NCBI RefSeq assembly: GCF_026210795.1
Contig: NC_089430.1
Span: 2,294,001-2,358,000 of the forward strand
Reading direction: 5' to 3'
DNA: 64,000 nucleotides
From: Rhizophagus irregularis
Taxonomy: Eukaryota
Both the position numbers and the translations under genes were made by a program. Below the pieces are notes generated by a model. That model saw nothing but the letters and a program-made list of their open reading frames with translations. It was not told the DNA's origin and made no database searches. Below, piece after piece: positions 49,193-63,298 of this stretch. Position 1 is the stretch's first letter. Each line of letters opens with the position of its first letter.

Positions 49193-52100
49193 ATGACTGA
49201 CAATTTTGATTATGATACGTTTGTTCGAAACCCCCCCAACTCTGTAGATATTTATAATTTTTCAGCACATGAATCTTTATTTACTACCTTAAATGTTTCT
49301 CCTATCCCTAATTCTTTTAATATTTCATCCTTTAATGTTAATGGTCTTCGCCATAATAGTCAAGTTAAAATTGAACAAATTTCAAACTTTTTCAACCTCA
49401 AACATATTTCCTTTGGTGGTATCGTAGATACCCATTTATTCCCCAAACGAATTCATTTTTTATTTAAACGCCTTCCTAATTATACTGTCTTTTCATCTGA
49501 TATTGATAAAACTAAACCAGTTAAATCTACTGGCGGCGTTTCCCTTTTTATTGAAAAATCCCTTCCTTCCCATGTACAAGATTTTGTTTCACATTCATCA
49601 CGCATTTTATCTATTGACCTTTATTTTAAAGGCAACATTAAATTGCGTATTTTTGTTATATATATCCCTCCTATTTCTGATTCTAAATTACGATCTGAAA
49701 CTATTGATCTCCTTTTACAATTATTAGTGCAAACTAAACAACAAAATTTTTATCACGCCATTTGTGGCGATTTTAATATGCACTTAGATACTTATTATCC
49801 TATTTATTTTAACCGCCCTTTTGTTGCTTCTCAACGGTCTTATCGTTTGTTGCATCATCTTTTATCTCATGGTTATGAAGAAACCATTCCTGTTAATGCT
49901 TCTGATTCCCTAGGCACCTTCCACCGTGATGACCAGATTACTCGCATAAACTATGTTTGGTCTTGCCCAATGCTAAAAAGCTTTGCTCTCACTTCCTACA
50001 TATTCGACGCCCATGATACCTGCTCTTCTGATCACAATCCTATCATCACGTATTTTGATGATTCACTCTTGGCTGCGTCTATCAAGGTTGCTCGTGCTAA
50101 ACAACTTCAACGCCGAACTCGCCGCATTTTCAAATTTGATTCAGTCACTACTCAACAATGGGAATCTTTTTCCACTCACACTGACTCATTTTGCGACGTT
50201 CTTCCTTCTACTTTTTCAACATGGCACATCAATCAACAATGTGAATACTTACATTCTCGTATTGTGAAAGCTGCTAATGCTTCTCTTCCATCTGTCACGG
50301 TCGGTAATCAACACACACCTACGGTGCCTAAAGATTTGGAAAATTTAACTCAACATTATCGTTTCCTCAGCCGTCTTTTGCATTCGATACGCTTATTGCG
50401 CAAATATCCTTCCACATATTTTAATAGATATGAACATGTTTGGTCCATTCATTTCATTCGACTTCAGAAAATTCTTCATCTTTATAAGAAGGTTATTCCT
50501 TCCCCCCTATTTTACCTACTTCTTTAACCACATGTAGGCAAAACGGTTTTAATTCTTTATTAGAATCCTTAAAGACTATTTCCAGTGCCCTTTATGGCCT
50601 CCTTCTTCTTAAAGAAAAAGATTTTCAAGATTCTCCATTCGTGCCAAATTGGATGATAGGGACAACAATTTTGAATCTGATATTTCCTCATTCATTAATT
50701 CAGCTCTCTCAAGGACTCGACGTCGTATCACTTTGGATCGTATCTTTATCGACCACCCTACACAACCTAAACTTCTAACGGACCTGCATGATATTGATGA
50801 CGCTATTATCAACCACTTCCAGAATTCCGTACCTATTAAATCATCTCCTCCTGATAACATTTCAGCTCTTCCTGAAAAATGGTCTTCTGCTTATCGCCCT
50901 ATGGATGATGTGAATTCTTCTATTTATGATTCTTTGTTGAATCCTCCTACTCTTGAAGAATGGTTGTCTACGGTCTCTTCTATGCCTAACGACAAAGCTC
51001 CTGGTCCTTCTATGATTACTTATGAGATGCTTAAGCATCTGGGTTCAAACGTTTCTGCTCTGGTTTTAATCCTGGTCCAATCATGTTTCCACACTGCAGA
51101 CATTCCTGATTTATGGCGTCAAGCTATGGTTTTCCCTATCTCTAAACCTCACGAATGGAAATGTCAACTCAAGAATACAAGACCTATTACTTTACTTGAA
51201 GTAATTAGAAAATCTTTGGTCAAACTCTTTTATAATCGTCTCACTTCCATTTTGGCTTCGAATGAAGTTCTCAAAGGAGGAAACTTCGCCGGTCTCCCTG
51301 GTGGTTCTTGTCGCGACCCTATTGTCGTCCTGGAATCTATTATCCATGATGCTCATGTCAACAAATCGCCGCTTTGGATCCTTTCACAAAATATTTCGAA
51401 GGCTTTCGACTCGGTTGATCTCAAGATGTTGCATTTTGCTTTAGAACGCATTAAACTTCCTGCTTCTGCTACCAAGTTTATTTTATCCCTTTTTATGAAA
51501 CGCTCTAATCGCGTTTTTACTGCTCATGGAACTACACCTTCTTACCGCGTTCGTATTGGTATAGATCAAGGCGAAGTTATCTTTCCTTTACTCTGGGTTA
51601 TATATATAGACCCTTTATTGACTGTTCTTAAGAATGAAATGATGGATCCATATATACTTCATGCTCCTTCTTTATCTAATCCCTTGGCTGCGACAAGTCC
51701 AGATGGATTACGCATCAACAACTTGGTCTTTATGGACGATTCCACTTTAATTTCGTCATCTAAATCTGGAATGGAATCGATGCTTTCTATTATGAAAGAA
51801 TTTTATCAGATCAATAATACTTCCGCTAATCACAACAAATATGTTTTAATTACTAATTCGTTGCCTCCCACTTCAGCTCCTTCGCCTTCTCCAGTCGTGT
51901 TTGACTTGCAATTATCTGGACTGAACAAAGTTCCTTCCATTTCTATTGTGCCTATTTCCATGAATAGTTCTTTCCGCTTCCTGGGCATCTGGTTCAATGT
52001 CGCTGGATCTCGTGATTTTGTCAGAAAGCAAGTTGCTCGAGAATGTAACTCTTTCGCTACTACCGTTCGTCCTGCCAAATTATCTGCTAAACAAGTAGTT

Positions 52101-54812
52101 TATTTACACAACACTGTCCTTATTCCGAAATTGGAATATCGCATGCAAGTCACTCACCTCTCTGAATCTGAATGTGCCTCGGCAACCAGCAGTATCCGTT
52201 CCTTGGTTAAACATAAGGCCAATTTTTCACGTGTACTCCCAGATTCCATTTTGTTTTTATCTCAAGGCTTGGGATTGATCAATTTATTTTTTCACCAATC
52301 ACAAACACATTTAACTAATTTGTTTATATTGGCTAATTATTCTTCTTTTTTTATGAAAAATTTATTTTTATATAGATTACGTTTAATTCAATTTTCTTTT
52401 TTGATTCCCATTTCTCCATTGTTAGTTAAAGATTGGACTTTATGGTCTAAACTTTTCGCTTTTAAACAGGATTATATCGCTTGCACTATTGCTCTCCTGA
52501 CCACCACTCCTTTCAAGTTGTCACGTTCTCGATTTTTAACCTCGTCTGACCTCACCGTACCTGATGGTCACACGCCTTTATTTGAAGTGATGACTCCAAA
52601 AATTTTTATATCTTACTTCCGACGTCTAAGAAGTTTGCAACTCTATTACCTATCTCAATTCATCACGCCTCAAGGAACCCATATGATCACTTGGAATGTT
52701 TATTTATCCAATCTATCAAGTAGGAAAGGCCATCGAGTCCTCCCGCATAAATGGTTCAATGACATCCACCAATGCGTCACTGTTCCAAATTCCAATTCTC
52801 TGCTCTTGGATCAATTTTCTTCTGAAGCTATCCCTTCAAACATTGATTTGGCTCCAGCCTTTGGCTCCTCTAGAAAATCCATGAAATGGATCGTGACTTT
52901 AAACGAAGATGGCTCTCCTCTTTTTGGAAAACAACTTAGCAAACAACAATATTCCTGCAAGATTGTCCATTGGACCTCTGATTGTGTGACTCGACCTAAT
53001 GATATTATCACGCTTACTCCTTGTCCCGGTTGTTCCAAACATGTACCGGTTACCCATACTAAAAGCAACCCAACAGATGTTACTCCTCTATGTATCATCC
53101 CAAAACTTTCTCCTCTTAGATCTTTACTTCTCCCAACAACGCAGGAGCGTATTAGACATGACACCACCACTATTACTTCTCCTTTTACCTGGGCGGACCT
53201 TGACGAGATTGTAAGATCCTATTATGGTCGTTTGGACATTCTACCTAATTTTTCACAAGAAGATGTGGTTACTCTCCCTTCTCCTTCTCCTTCTCCCTCC
53301 TTGGGTTCAGCTGCCTCTCTTGCTTTTGCTGCCTCACCGTTAGCGACTCCTCCTGATAATCATTATTGTTTTTATACTGATGGTTCTTTAATTAACCTTG
53401 GCACTCCTGATGTTTCTATGGGTTGGTCTTGGGTACAAGTCCTTGATGGCGCTGGTTTTTTCCAATCTATCGCTGCTCACGCTCATGGAATTTTTCACAA
53501 TTGGCCTTCTTCTACAAGAGCTGAAATCGCCGCTATACATGCTGCTCTTACAGTCACTCCTCCGTTTTCAACGGTTACTATTCATACTGACTCTCAATCT
53601 GCCATAGATGGTTTTCGTCTATGTGCTACCTTTTCTTATTCCAATAGTAGGCTTTATTACAAGACCACCAATTTTGAACTCTGGGCTATTATTGAACGTC
53701 TCATTTCCTCCAAATCTTTATCCGTCACGGCTATTAAAGTGAAAGGTCACTCTGGTAATTTCTATAATGACTACGCGGACTCTCTGGCCAACTCTGCGCA
53801 TACTTCTTCTTCAGCAATTCTTCTTTCTGATCTGGATCAAGTATCTCCTCACGATTTCTTATTAAAATATGATGATATTTTATGCGAATCCAACCCACGA
53901 CGCCTATTTAAGCAATATTCGCAAATGCTGTGGATGCATAGATTAACGCGTTTATCGCGTTTTAACTTTACCATTGCTTTATCCTCTATCTCAGATTTCG
54001 TGATTGATTGGGATCTTACCTGGTTCTCGCTAAATTCTGAACCTCAGCATGATGCTTCATTTACTCGTGCTCATGCTTCCTTTCATCGCACCTTCAAATT
54101 CAAACTCTTTTTGGAAGATTTGCCTACCTTGAAACATCTTAAAAGAATTCGCCCGGACTTGTATATTGACATCTTATTGTGTCATTCGTGCCTTGACTCC
54201 AAGGAAGATTTCATGCACTTGTTTATGTGCAAATGTAGACGAATCGCTATGGAACAGATTCTCCTCTCCTACCAACATCACTTTATCAACAAACTTCAAG
54301 AAGCTGGTGATCTCGTTAAGAAATATTCCTCTTTAATTATTAACAAATTTAAATCTCTTCCTTGTTGGTCCTTTTCTTCTTCAAATTGGACTTCATATAG
54401 CCTTGTCCGTGGCTGCCTTCCGAAATCCTTTGTCGAATTCTTTGAAGAACTTTCTATTCCACGTAACTCTGCGATGAAGGTTATCTCTGCTATCCACAAT
54501 CACTTTATCCAAAAGATTAGAAAACGAATTTGGCTACCGCGCTCCTATGATAAATCTAAATGGGAAGACACGATGAATATTACTCATAAACTCAAACTTT
54601 CTCGGCCTTCAAATTTGCCAAAGTCTACGTACTTACCTTTCTCAACTTTACCTCCTCCGACCCTTTCCGACGCCGCACGTGCCTCCGACGTTGATTATTT
54701 AAAGAACTCGATGAAATATGGTTTGCCTTGGTTTAATCACTATTCGGGTTTTATGGGTCGTCTAACGGTGCAACTTACTAACAGCTTTAGCAGGGTGGTG
54801 TGTCGATTTTAA
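49193..54812 (+). pseudogene. LINE ORF2, copy 4; two 1-nt deletions (~50505, ~50635) and catalytic D>N changes
   Basis: Fragments 49193-50527 and 50649-54812; RIDY>RINY and QDISKAFD>QNISKAFD. Confidence 0.92.
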
Positions 54813-55204
54813 CAATGGGCGCATTGTTCGTTGGTTTGTTTGCATAGTTGCCTCTTCTTAGGTTGAAATATATTTAGGCGGGGGATCAGGATAGTTTTAA
54901 TGTTATGCGATTTTTCTTTTTGAATTATTTTATAGCTTTATTACTGTTTTGGAGACTATATAGTTTTGTTTTTAGTTAATTTTATTTTTCTTTTTTGTAC
55001 TTTGAAAATTTTATTTTATTTTTGTAAGTTCGTTGAATAAATTTAATAAAGATAAAGGCTACTATGCCATATTTGCCTTGATAAGGACTGATAAGGACTG
55101 ATAGATCTCTTACCACCGATCTATTGACCAAAAATTTTCGGAAAGAAAATTTTATATCTTCGTACTAACAACTCTTATATTTTACCCAACTCATACCTTC
55201 TAAC

Positions 55205-57342
55205 ATGTCTAGAAACCTTGCTAGAAGAGGTGGCGGCAGCTATAATCCCAACAGTAATAAGGCTGCTCGTCAAGAAAAGAAAAATAATAAAAAACAGCTC
55301 TCTGATAACTCTGGTTCTGATAGTGATAATAATTCTCAAAAACGTTCCTGTATACTTACAAAAGACTTCATGGATGAAGACTATGAAGATTTCGTTGCTG
55401 ACGCGCCGGCTGACGGTGGTTTAGTTGGTTCAACTTCGACCGCTATTCCTCAACAAAATAATTCCCGCAGCACCTCTCAAGAAAATACTCAAGCTTCTAC
55501 CCCGAATAATTCTGCTGTGCCTACTGCGCCTGGCCAAGACGCGTCCTCTGGAGCTAACGCGTCTATTCATGCACCTCGAAACAAAGAAAATAACTCATCC
55601 CCTAACGCGTCCCTTAATATGGACGTAAATGATGGTACATTGCCCGATCAGGCTATCGATCCCTCCCCTACTATTACTATTAATCGTCAAGATTTCCTGG
55701 CTGCGGCTTCGCCCAACTCTGCTCCCCAAACTCTTGAGAAACTTAAAACTAATAAGGCAATCATTGATGCCGTCAACAATTTATTTTTAGAAACCTATGA
55801 ATCGTACACCGGTCGGGCTCGTATGACTGGTTCAGGGGACGCTAAACGTCTCATCATTCATTTTCACACTGCGGAGGCTCGTGACTTGTGTGTTGGTAGC
55901 ACACACTCTGATTTTCCGGACCTACAATTCCATCTGTACGATTCCAAACAACTCCGGTCCGATGAAGACCTCCGTGCCATTCAAGTTACAGATATACCGT
56001 TCTTTATTACTAAACCGCAGCTCCAATCCTACTTCAAGAAATTTGGCAATTTGCTATCCCTTCATCTTTATTCAAGGAAAGGTGCCAAAATGCAACAAGC
56101 ACGCATTGTTTACGATCATGCTGATGCTATTTCCCGTTTTACGACCCAATGGGCAGTCTACTGTTTTTCCACTTGTTTACGTGTTACTCCCTGTTATTAT
56201 TCTGTGGAGCATAAAGCTGCTCGTCGTGAATTCGTTGCAATTCTCTCTGGTCTCCCTGCTAACACTAAAGATATCCACCTCGCTCCGTTAGTCAAAGAAC
56301 ATGGAGCCAAAGCTATTGACATTCCTCTTTCCCTAAATTCGTATAAACCTAAGCCTTGGGCTTATGTTACTTTAACTCACAAGAGACAATGGACGCCGCT
56401 ATAGAACAAACTATTGGTTTCCAAGGTCGTACTCTGCGATGGGGTACATCCAATGATTCGAAAGCCCTTTGCCACAGATGTGGCAAACTAGGTTGTGCTC
56501 CTACCTCCTGCCCACTCAATCAACGTCGCGGTCATTCGCGTACACGTGACCCTGTTGCTGCCCTTAAAGAACGTTTCAACATTGGCCAACGACCTGCTCA
56601 GCAAAGAACTCTGCATAATAATTTTCAGTCTCGATCTCGATCGAAATCTCGGGATCGTTCTGTCTCTGCTCAGCGTTCTAATTCAAATCCTAATCGTCCT
56701 AATAATAACGATAATAACAATAATAACAATAACATTACTAAACCCTCCTCTGGTTTAGTTAACTCCTCTTCATCTGCTCATGGACGTACACCTTCCAATA
56801 ATCGAAAAGGCAAAGATAGATCTGTTTCCTTTTCATCCAATGCTCGTGCTCCACTCCCAGACTCAAATACTTCTAATGCCCTTGAGGCTGCCCTTAAGAT
56901 ACTTAACGTATTGCAAACTCTTCAACAAGACGTTGCACGAGTGGAATCCCGCATTTCATCCCTTGAACTTAACAACTAACGACTTTCTGCTATAGAAGCT
57001 CATTTAGGCATCAATCCTCCCTCCGCACCTGTTGTCAATTCTGAACCTGATCGGATGGAAGAAGACCCTCCTGAAACTACTGGTACCTTAATCCCACATC
57101 CTAATGCTCCCTTATCTTCTGGTGCAAAGAATTCCTCTTCCCCCAAATCTACATCCAACAATGCTCCACACTCTGCTCCCGCTTCCACTTCTACCTCTTT
57201 CCCGCAAGACGAATTGAACTCAGTTATTCAAGATCAAAAAGCGATTAAAGATACTTTACAATCGCTCACTGGTTCCATTCAAGGTTTTATTGCTTCTCTT
57301 GGTGGTTCTCCCTCCGATCGAGCTTCAGCTCCTTCGCAATAA
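55205..57342 (+). pseudogene. LINE ORF1, copy 5; frameshift near 56372 and stop at 56977-56979
   Basis: Three collinear fragments: 55205-56404, 56356-56979, 57055-57342. Confidence 0.9.
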
Positions 57343-57389
57343 CTGATTTCTCAACTCTCCTCCCCGTACTTTATTATCACAGTGTTCTA

Positions 57390-60300
57390 ATGTCTGACAA
57401 TTTTAATCATGATACGTTTGTTCGCAACCCACCCACCCTTGTAGATACTTTTAAATTTTCAGAACATGAATCTTTATTTACTACTTTAAGTTCTTCTCCT
57501 ATTCCCAATTCTTTTAATATTTCATCCTTTAATGTTAATGGTCTTCGCCATAATAGTCAAGTTAAAATGGAACAAATTTCAAACTTTTTTAACCTCAGAC
57601 ATATTTCCTTTGGTAGTATTGTAGATACCCATTTATCCCCTAAACAAATTCATTTTTTATCTAAACGCCTTCCTAATTATACTGTCTTTTCATCTGATAT
57701 TGATAAAACTAAACCAGTTAAATCTACTGGCGGCGTTTCCCTCTTTATTGAAAAATCCCTTGCTTCCCATGTACAAGATTTCATTTCACATTCATCACGC
57801 ATTTTATCTGTTGATCTTTATTTTAAAGGCAACGTTAAATTACGTATTTTTGTTATTTATATTCCCCCTATTTCTGATTCTAAATTACGATCGGAAACTA
57901 TTGACCTTCTTTTACAACTATTGGTGCAAACTAAACAACAGAAATTTTATCACGCCATTTGTGGCGATTTCAATATGCACTTAGATACCTACTACCCTAT
58001 TTATTTTAACCGCCCTTCTGTTGCTTCCCAACGAGCTTATCGTTTGCTACATCATCTTTTATCTCATGGTTACGAAGAAACTATCCCTGTTAACGCTTCT
58101 GACTCCTTAGGCACCTTTCACCGTGACGACCAAGTTACTCGTATAGATTATGTTTGGTCTTGTCCTATGCTGAAAAGCTTTGCTCTTACCTCCTATATAT
58201 TTGACGCCCAAGACACCTGCTCTTCTGATCACAATCCTATCATCACGTATTTTGATGTTTCACTCCTGGCTGCGTCTGTCAAGGTTGTTCGTGCTAAACA
58301 ACTTCGAGGTCAAACTCACCGCATATTTAAATTCGATTCAGTCACTGTTCAACAATGGGAATCCTTTTCTGCTCATGCTGATTTTCTATGCGACGTACCG
58401 CCATCAACTTTCTCGACATGGCATATTAACCAACAATGCGAATATTTACATTCCCGTATCGTAAAAGCTGCTAATGCCTCTCTTCCTTCTGTCACAGTTG
58501 GAAATCATTATACGCCTACTATACCTAAGGATTTGGAAGCTTTAACTCAACATTATCGTTTCCTCAGCCGTCTCTTGCATTCGATACGCTTATTGCGAAA
58601 ATATCCTTCCACTTATTATAACAGATATGAGCGTACTTGGTCCACTCATTTTATTCGACTTCAAAATATTCTTCATCTTTATAAGAAGGTTATTCCTTCT
58701 CCCCCTATTTTACCTATTTCTTTATCCACTTGTAGGCAAGACGATTTTAAATTTTTGTTGGACTCTTTAAAGACTATCTCCAGCGCCCTTTATGGCCTCC
58801 TTTTGCTTAAAGAAAAAGATTTTCAGGACTCTTCCATTCGTGCTAAATTGGATGATAGGGATAATAATTTTGAAACTGACATCTCCTCATTCATTGATTC
58901 TGCTCTCTCAAGAACTCGACGTCGTATTACCTTGGATCGTGTCTTCATTGATCATCCTACACAGCCTAAACTGTTGACGGACCCACATGATATTGATGAC
59001 GCTGTTATCAACCACTTCCAGAATTCCGTTCCTATAAAATCATCTATTCCTGATAACATTTCCGTTCTCCCAGATAGATGGTCTTCTGCTTATCGCCCCA
59101 TGGACAATGTGGATTCTTCTATTTATGATTCTTTGATGGATCCTCCTACTCTTGAAGAATGGTTGTCTACGGTCTCTTCTATGCCTAACGACAAAGCTCC
59201 TGGTCCTTGTATGATTACCTATGAGATGCTTAAGCATCTGGGTTCAAACGCTTCTGCCTTGATTTTAATCCTTGTCCAATCATGTCTTCGTACCGCAGAT
59301 ATTCCTGATTTATGGCGTCAGGCTATGGTTTTTCCTATCCCTAAACCCCACGATTGGAAATGTCAACTCAAGAATACAAGACCGATTACTTTACTTGAAG
59401 TAATCAGGAAATCTTTAGTCAAACTCTTTTATAATCGTCTTGCTTCCATTTTGGCTTCGAATGAAGTTTTTAAAGGAGGTAACTTCGCCGGTCTCCCTGG
59501 TGGTTCTTGTCGAGACCCTATTGTTATTCTCGAATCTATTATCCATGATGCTCATGTCAACAAATCGCCGCTTTGGATCCTTTCACAAGATATTTCAAAG
59601 GCTTTTGACTCGGTTGACCTCAAGATGTTGCGCTTCGCTTTAGAGCGCATCAAACTTCCTGCTTCTGCTACCAAGTTTATTTTATCTCTTTTTATGAAAC
59701 GCTCTAATCGCGTTTTTACTGCTCATGGAACTACACCTTCCTACCGTGTACGTATTGGTATAGATCAAGGCGAAGTTATCTCTCCCTTACTTTGGGTTAT
59801 ATATATAGACCCTTTATTAACTGTTCTTAAGAATGAAATGATGGATCCATATATACTTCATGCTCCTTCTTTATCTAATCCCTTGGCTGAGATTAGTTCA
59901 GATGAATTACGAATTAACAACTTGGTCTTTATGGATGATTCCACTTTAATTTCATCATCCAAACCTGGAATGGAATCGATGCTCTCTATTACAGAAGAAT
60001 TTTATCAGATTAATAATACTTCCGCTAATCACAACAAATATGTTTTAATTACTAATTCGTTGCCTCCCACTTCAGTTTCTTCGCCTTCTCCAGTCGTGTT
60101 TGACTTGCAATTATCTGGACTGAACAAAGTTCCTTCCATTTCTATTGTGCCTATCTCCATGAATAGCTCTTTTCGCTTCTTGGGCGTCTGGTTCAATGTC
60201 GCCAGTTCTCGTGATTTTGTCAAGAAGCAAGTTGCTCGTGAATGCAATTCCTTCGCGGCTATCGTTCGCCCTGCCAAACTATCTGCAAAACAAGTTGTTT

Positions 60301-63011
60301 ATCTGCACAATACCGTCCTTATTCCGAAGCTGGAATATCGTATGCAAGTCACTCACCTCTCCAAATCCGAATGTACCTCGGCAACCAGCAGCATCCGTTC
60401 CTTGGTTAAACATAAGGCCAACTTTTCACGAGTACTCCCTGATTCTATTTTGTTTTTATCTCAAGGCTTGGGATTGATTAATTTATTTTTTCACCAATCA
60501 CAAACACATTTAACTAATTTGTTTTTATTAGCTAATTCTTCTTCTTCTTTTATGAAATATTTATTTTTATATAGATTACGTTTAATTCAATTTTCTTTTT
60601 TGATTCCTATTTCTCCATTGTTAGTTAAAGATTGGACTATATGGTCTAAACTTTTCGCTTTTAAACAGGATTATATCGCTTGCACTATTGCTCTCCTGAC
60701 CACCACTCCTTTCAAGTTGTCACGTTCTCAATTTTCAACCTCGTCTGACCTCACCATATCTGATGGTCACACGCCTTTATTTGAAGTGATGACTCCAAAA
60801 ATTTTCGTATCTTACTTCCGACGCCTTAGAAGTTTGCACCTTTATTACCTATCTCAATTCATCACACCTCAAGGAACCCATATGATCACTTGGAATGTTT
60901 ATTTATCCAATCTACCAAGTAGGAAAGGTCATCGAATCCTCCCGCATAAATGGTTTAACGATATTCACCAATGCGTCACTGTCCCAAATTCCAATTCTCT
61001 GCTCTTAGATCAATTCTCTTCTGAAGCTATCCCCTCAAATATTAACCTAGTTCCAGCCTTTGGTTCTTCTAGAAAATCCATGAAATGGATCGTGACTTTG
61101 GACGATGATGGCTCTCCTCTTTTTGGAAAACAACTTAGTAAACAACAATATTCCTGCAAGATTGTCCATTGGACCTCTGATTGTGTAACTCGACCTAATG
61201 ATGTTATCACGCTCACTCCTTGTCCTGGTTGTTCTAAACATATACCGGTTACCTATACTAAAAGCAATCCAACAGATGTTACTCCTTTATGTATCATCCC
61301 AAAACTTTCTCCTCTTAGATCTTTAATTCTCCCAACAACGCAGGAGCGTATTAGACATGACACCACCACTATTACTTCTCCTCTTACTTGGGCGGACCTT
61401 GACGAGACTGTAAGATCCTATTATGGTCGTTTGGACATTCAACCTAATTTTTCACAAGAAGATGTGGTTACTCTCCCTTCTCCTTCTCCTCCTCCCTCTT
61501 TGGGTTCGGCTGCCCCTCTTGCTTTTGCTGCCTCACCGTTAGCGACTCCTCCTGATAACCATTATTGTTTTTATACCGATGGTTCTTTAATCAACCTTGG
61601 CACTCCTGATGTTTCTATGGGTTGGTCTTGGGTTCAAGTCCTCGATGGCGCTGGCTTTTTCCAATCTATCGCTGCTCATGCTCATGGAATTATTCACAAT
61701 TGGCCTTCTTCTACAAGAGCTGAAATTGCCGCTATACATGCTGCTCTTACAGTTACTCCTCCCTTTTCAACGGTCACTATTCATACTGACTCTCAATCTG
61801 CCATAGACGGTCTTCGTCTCTGCGCTACTTTTTCTTATTCCAATAGTAGGCTTTATTACAAGACCACCAATTTTGAACTCTGGGCTATTATTGAGCATCT
61901 TATTTCATCCAAATCTTTATCCGTCACGGCCGTTAAAGTGAAAGGCCACTCTGGTAATTTCTACAATGACTACGCGGACTCACTGGCCAACTCTGCGCAT
62001 ACTTCCTCTTCAGCAATTCTTCTTTCTGATCTGGATTAAGTATCTCCTCACGATTTCTTATTAAAATATGATGATATTTTATGCGAATCTAACCCACGAC
62101 GCCTACTCAAGCAATATTCACAAATGCTGTGGATGCATAGATTAACGCATTTATCGCGTTTTAACTTTACCATTACTTTATCTTCTATCTCAGATTTCGT
62201 GATTGATTGGGATCTTACTTGGTTCTCGTTAAATTCTGAACCTCAACATGATGCTTCTTTTACTCGTGATCATGCTTCCTCTCATCGCACCTTCAAATTC
62301 AAACTCTTTTTGGAAGATTTGCCTACCTTAGAACATCTTAAAAGAATTCGCCCGGACTTGTATATCGACATTTTATTGTGTCGTTCATGCCTTGACTCCA
62401 AGGAAGATTTCATACACTTGTTTATGTGCAAATGTAGACGAATCGCTATGGAACAGATTCTCCTCTCCTACCAACATTATTTTATCAACAAACTTCAAGA
62501 AGCTGGTGATCTCGCTAAGATAGATCCCTCTTTAATTATTAACAAATTTAAATCTCTTCCTTGTTGGTCCTTTTCTTCTTCAAATTGGGCTTCATATAGT
62601 CTTGTCCGTGGCTGCCTTCTGAAATCCTTTGTCGAATTTTTTGAAGAACTTTCTATTCCACGAAATTCTGCGATGAAGGTTATCTCTGCTATCCACAATC
62701 ACTTTATCCAAAAGATCAGAAAACGAATTTGGCTACCGCGCTCCTATGATAAATCTAAATGGAAAGACGTGATGAATATTACTCATAAACTTAAACTTTC
62801 TCGGCCTTCAAATTTGCCAAAGTCCACGTACTTACCTTTCTCGACTTTACTTCCTCCGACCCTTTCCGACGCCGCACGTGACTCCGACGTTGATTATTTA
62901 AAGAACTCGATGAAATATGGTTTGCCTTGGTTTAATCACTATTCGGGCTTTATGGGTCGTCTAACGGTGCAACTTACTAACAGCTTTAGCAGGGTGGTGT
63001 GTCGATTTTAA
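57390..63011 (+). pseudogene. LINE ORF2, copy 5; single stop at 62037-62039
   Basis: 1549-aa ORF with APE, RT and RNase H motifs intact, then CAA>TAA, with in-frame continuation to 63011. Confidence 0.93.
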
Positions 63012-63298
63012 TAATGGGCGCATTGTTCGTTGGTTTGTTTGCATAGTTGCCTCTTTTTAGGTTGAAATATATTTAGGCGGGGGATCAGGATAGTTTTAGT
63101 GTTATGCGATTTTTCTCTTTGAATTAATTTTATAGCTTTATTACTGTTTTGGAGACTATATAGTTTTGTTTTTAGTTAATTTTATTTTTCTTTTTTGTAC
63201 TTTGAAAATTTTATTTTATTTTTGTAAGTTCGTTAAATAAATTTAATAAAGATAAAGGCTACTATGCCATATTTGCCTTGATAAGGACTGATGATGAT

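Larger units (their letters stand above)
46911..55102 (+). mobile_element. LINE copy 4, full length
   Basis: Same termini; junction AAGGACTGAT-AAGGACTGAT. Confidence 0.95.
55103..63298 (+). mobile_element. LINE copy 5, full length
   Basis: Same termini; ends AAGGACTGATGATGAT. Confidence 0.95.

Noticed and set aside
21142..62698. Many short alternative-frame and antisense ORFs recurring in each LINE copy
   Set aside because: They recur only because the copies are homologous, vary in length between copies, and have no motifs; treated as shadow ORFs.
20930..63298. CRISPR-like or integron-like array of the recurring TTGATAAGGACTGAT motif
   Set aside because: The intervening units are homologous 8.2-kb retrotransposons, there are no cas or integrase genes, and the context is eukaryotic.
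21019..63298. LTR or Penelope-type retroelement interpretation of the tandem copies
   Set aside because: No LTRs, integrase, protease or GIY-YIG domain. APE-RT-RNase H order and simple-repeat tails indicate a non-LTR element.
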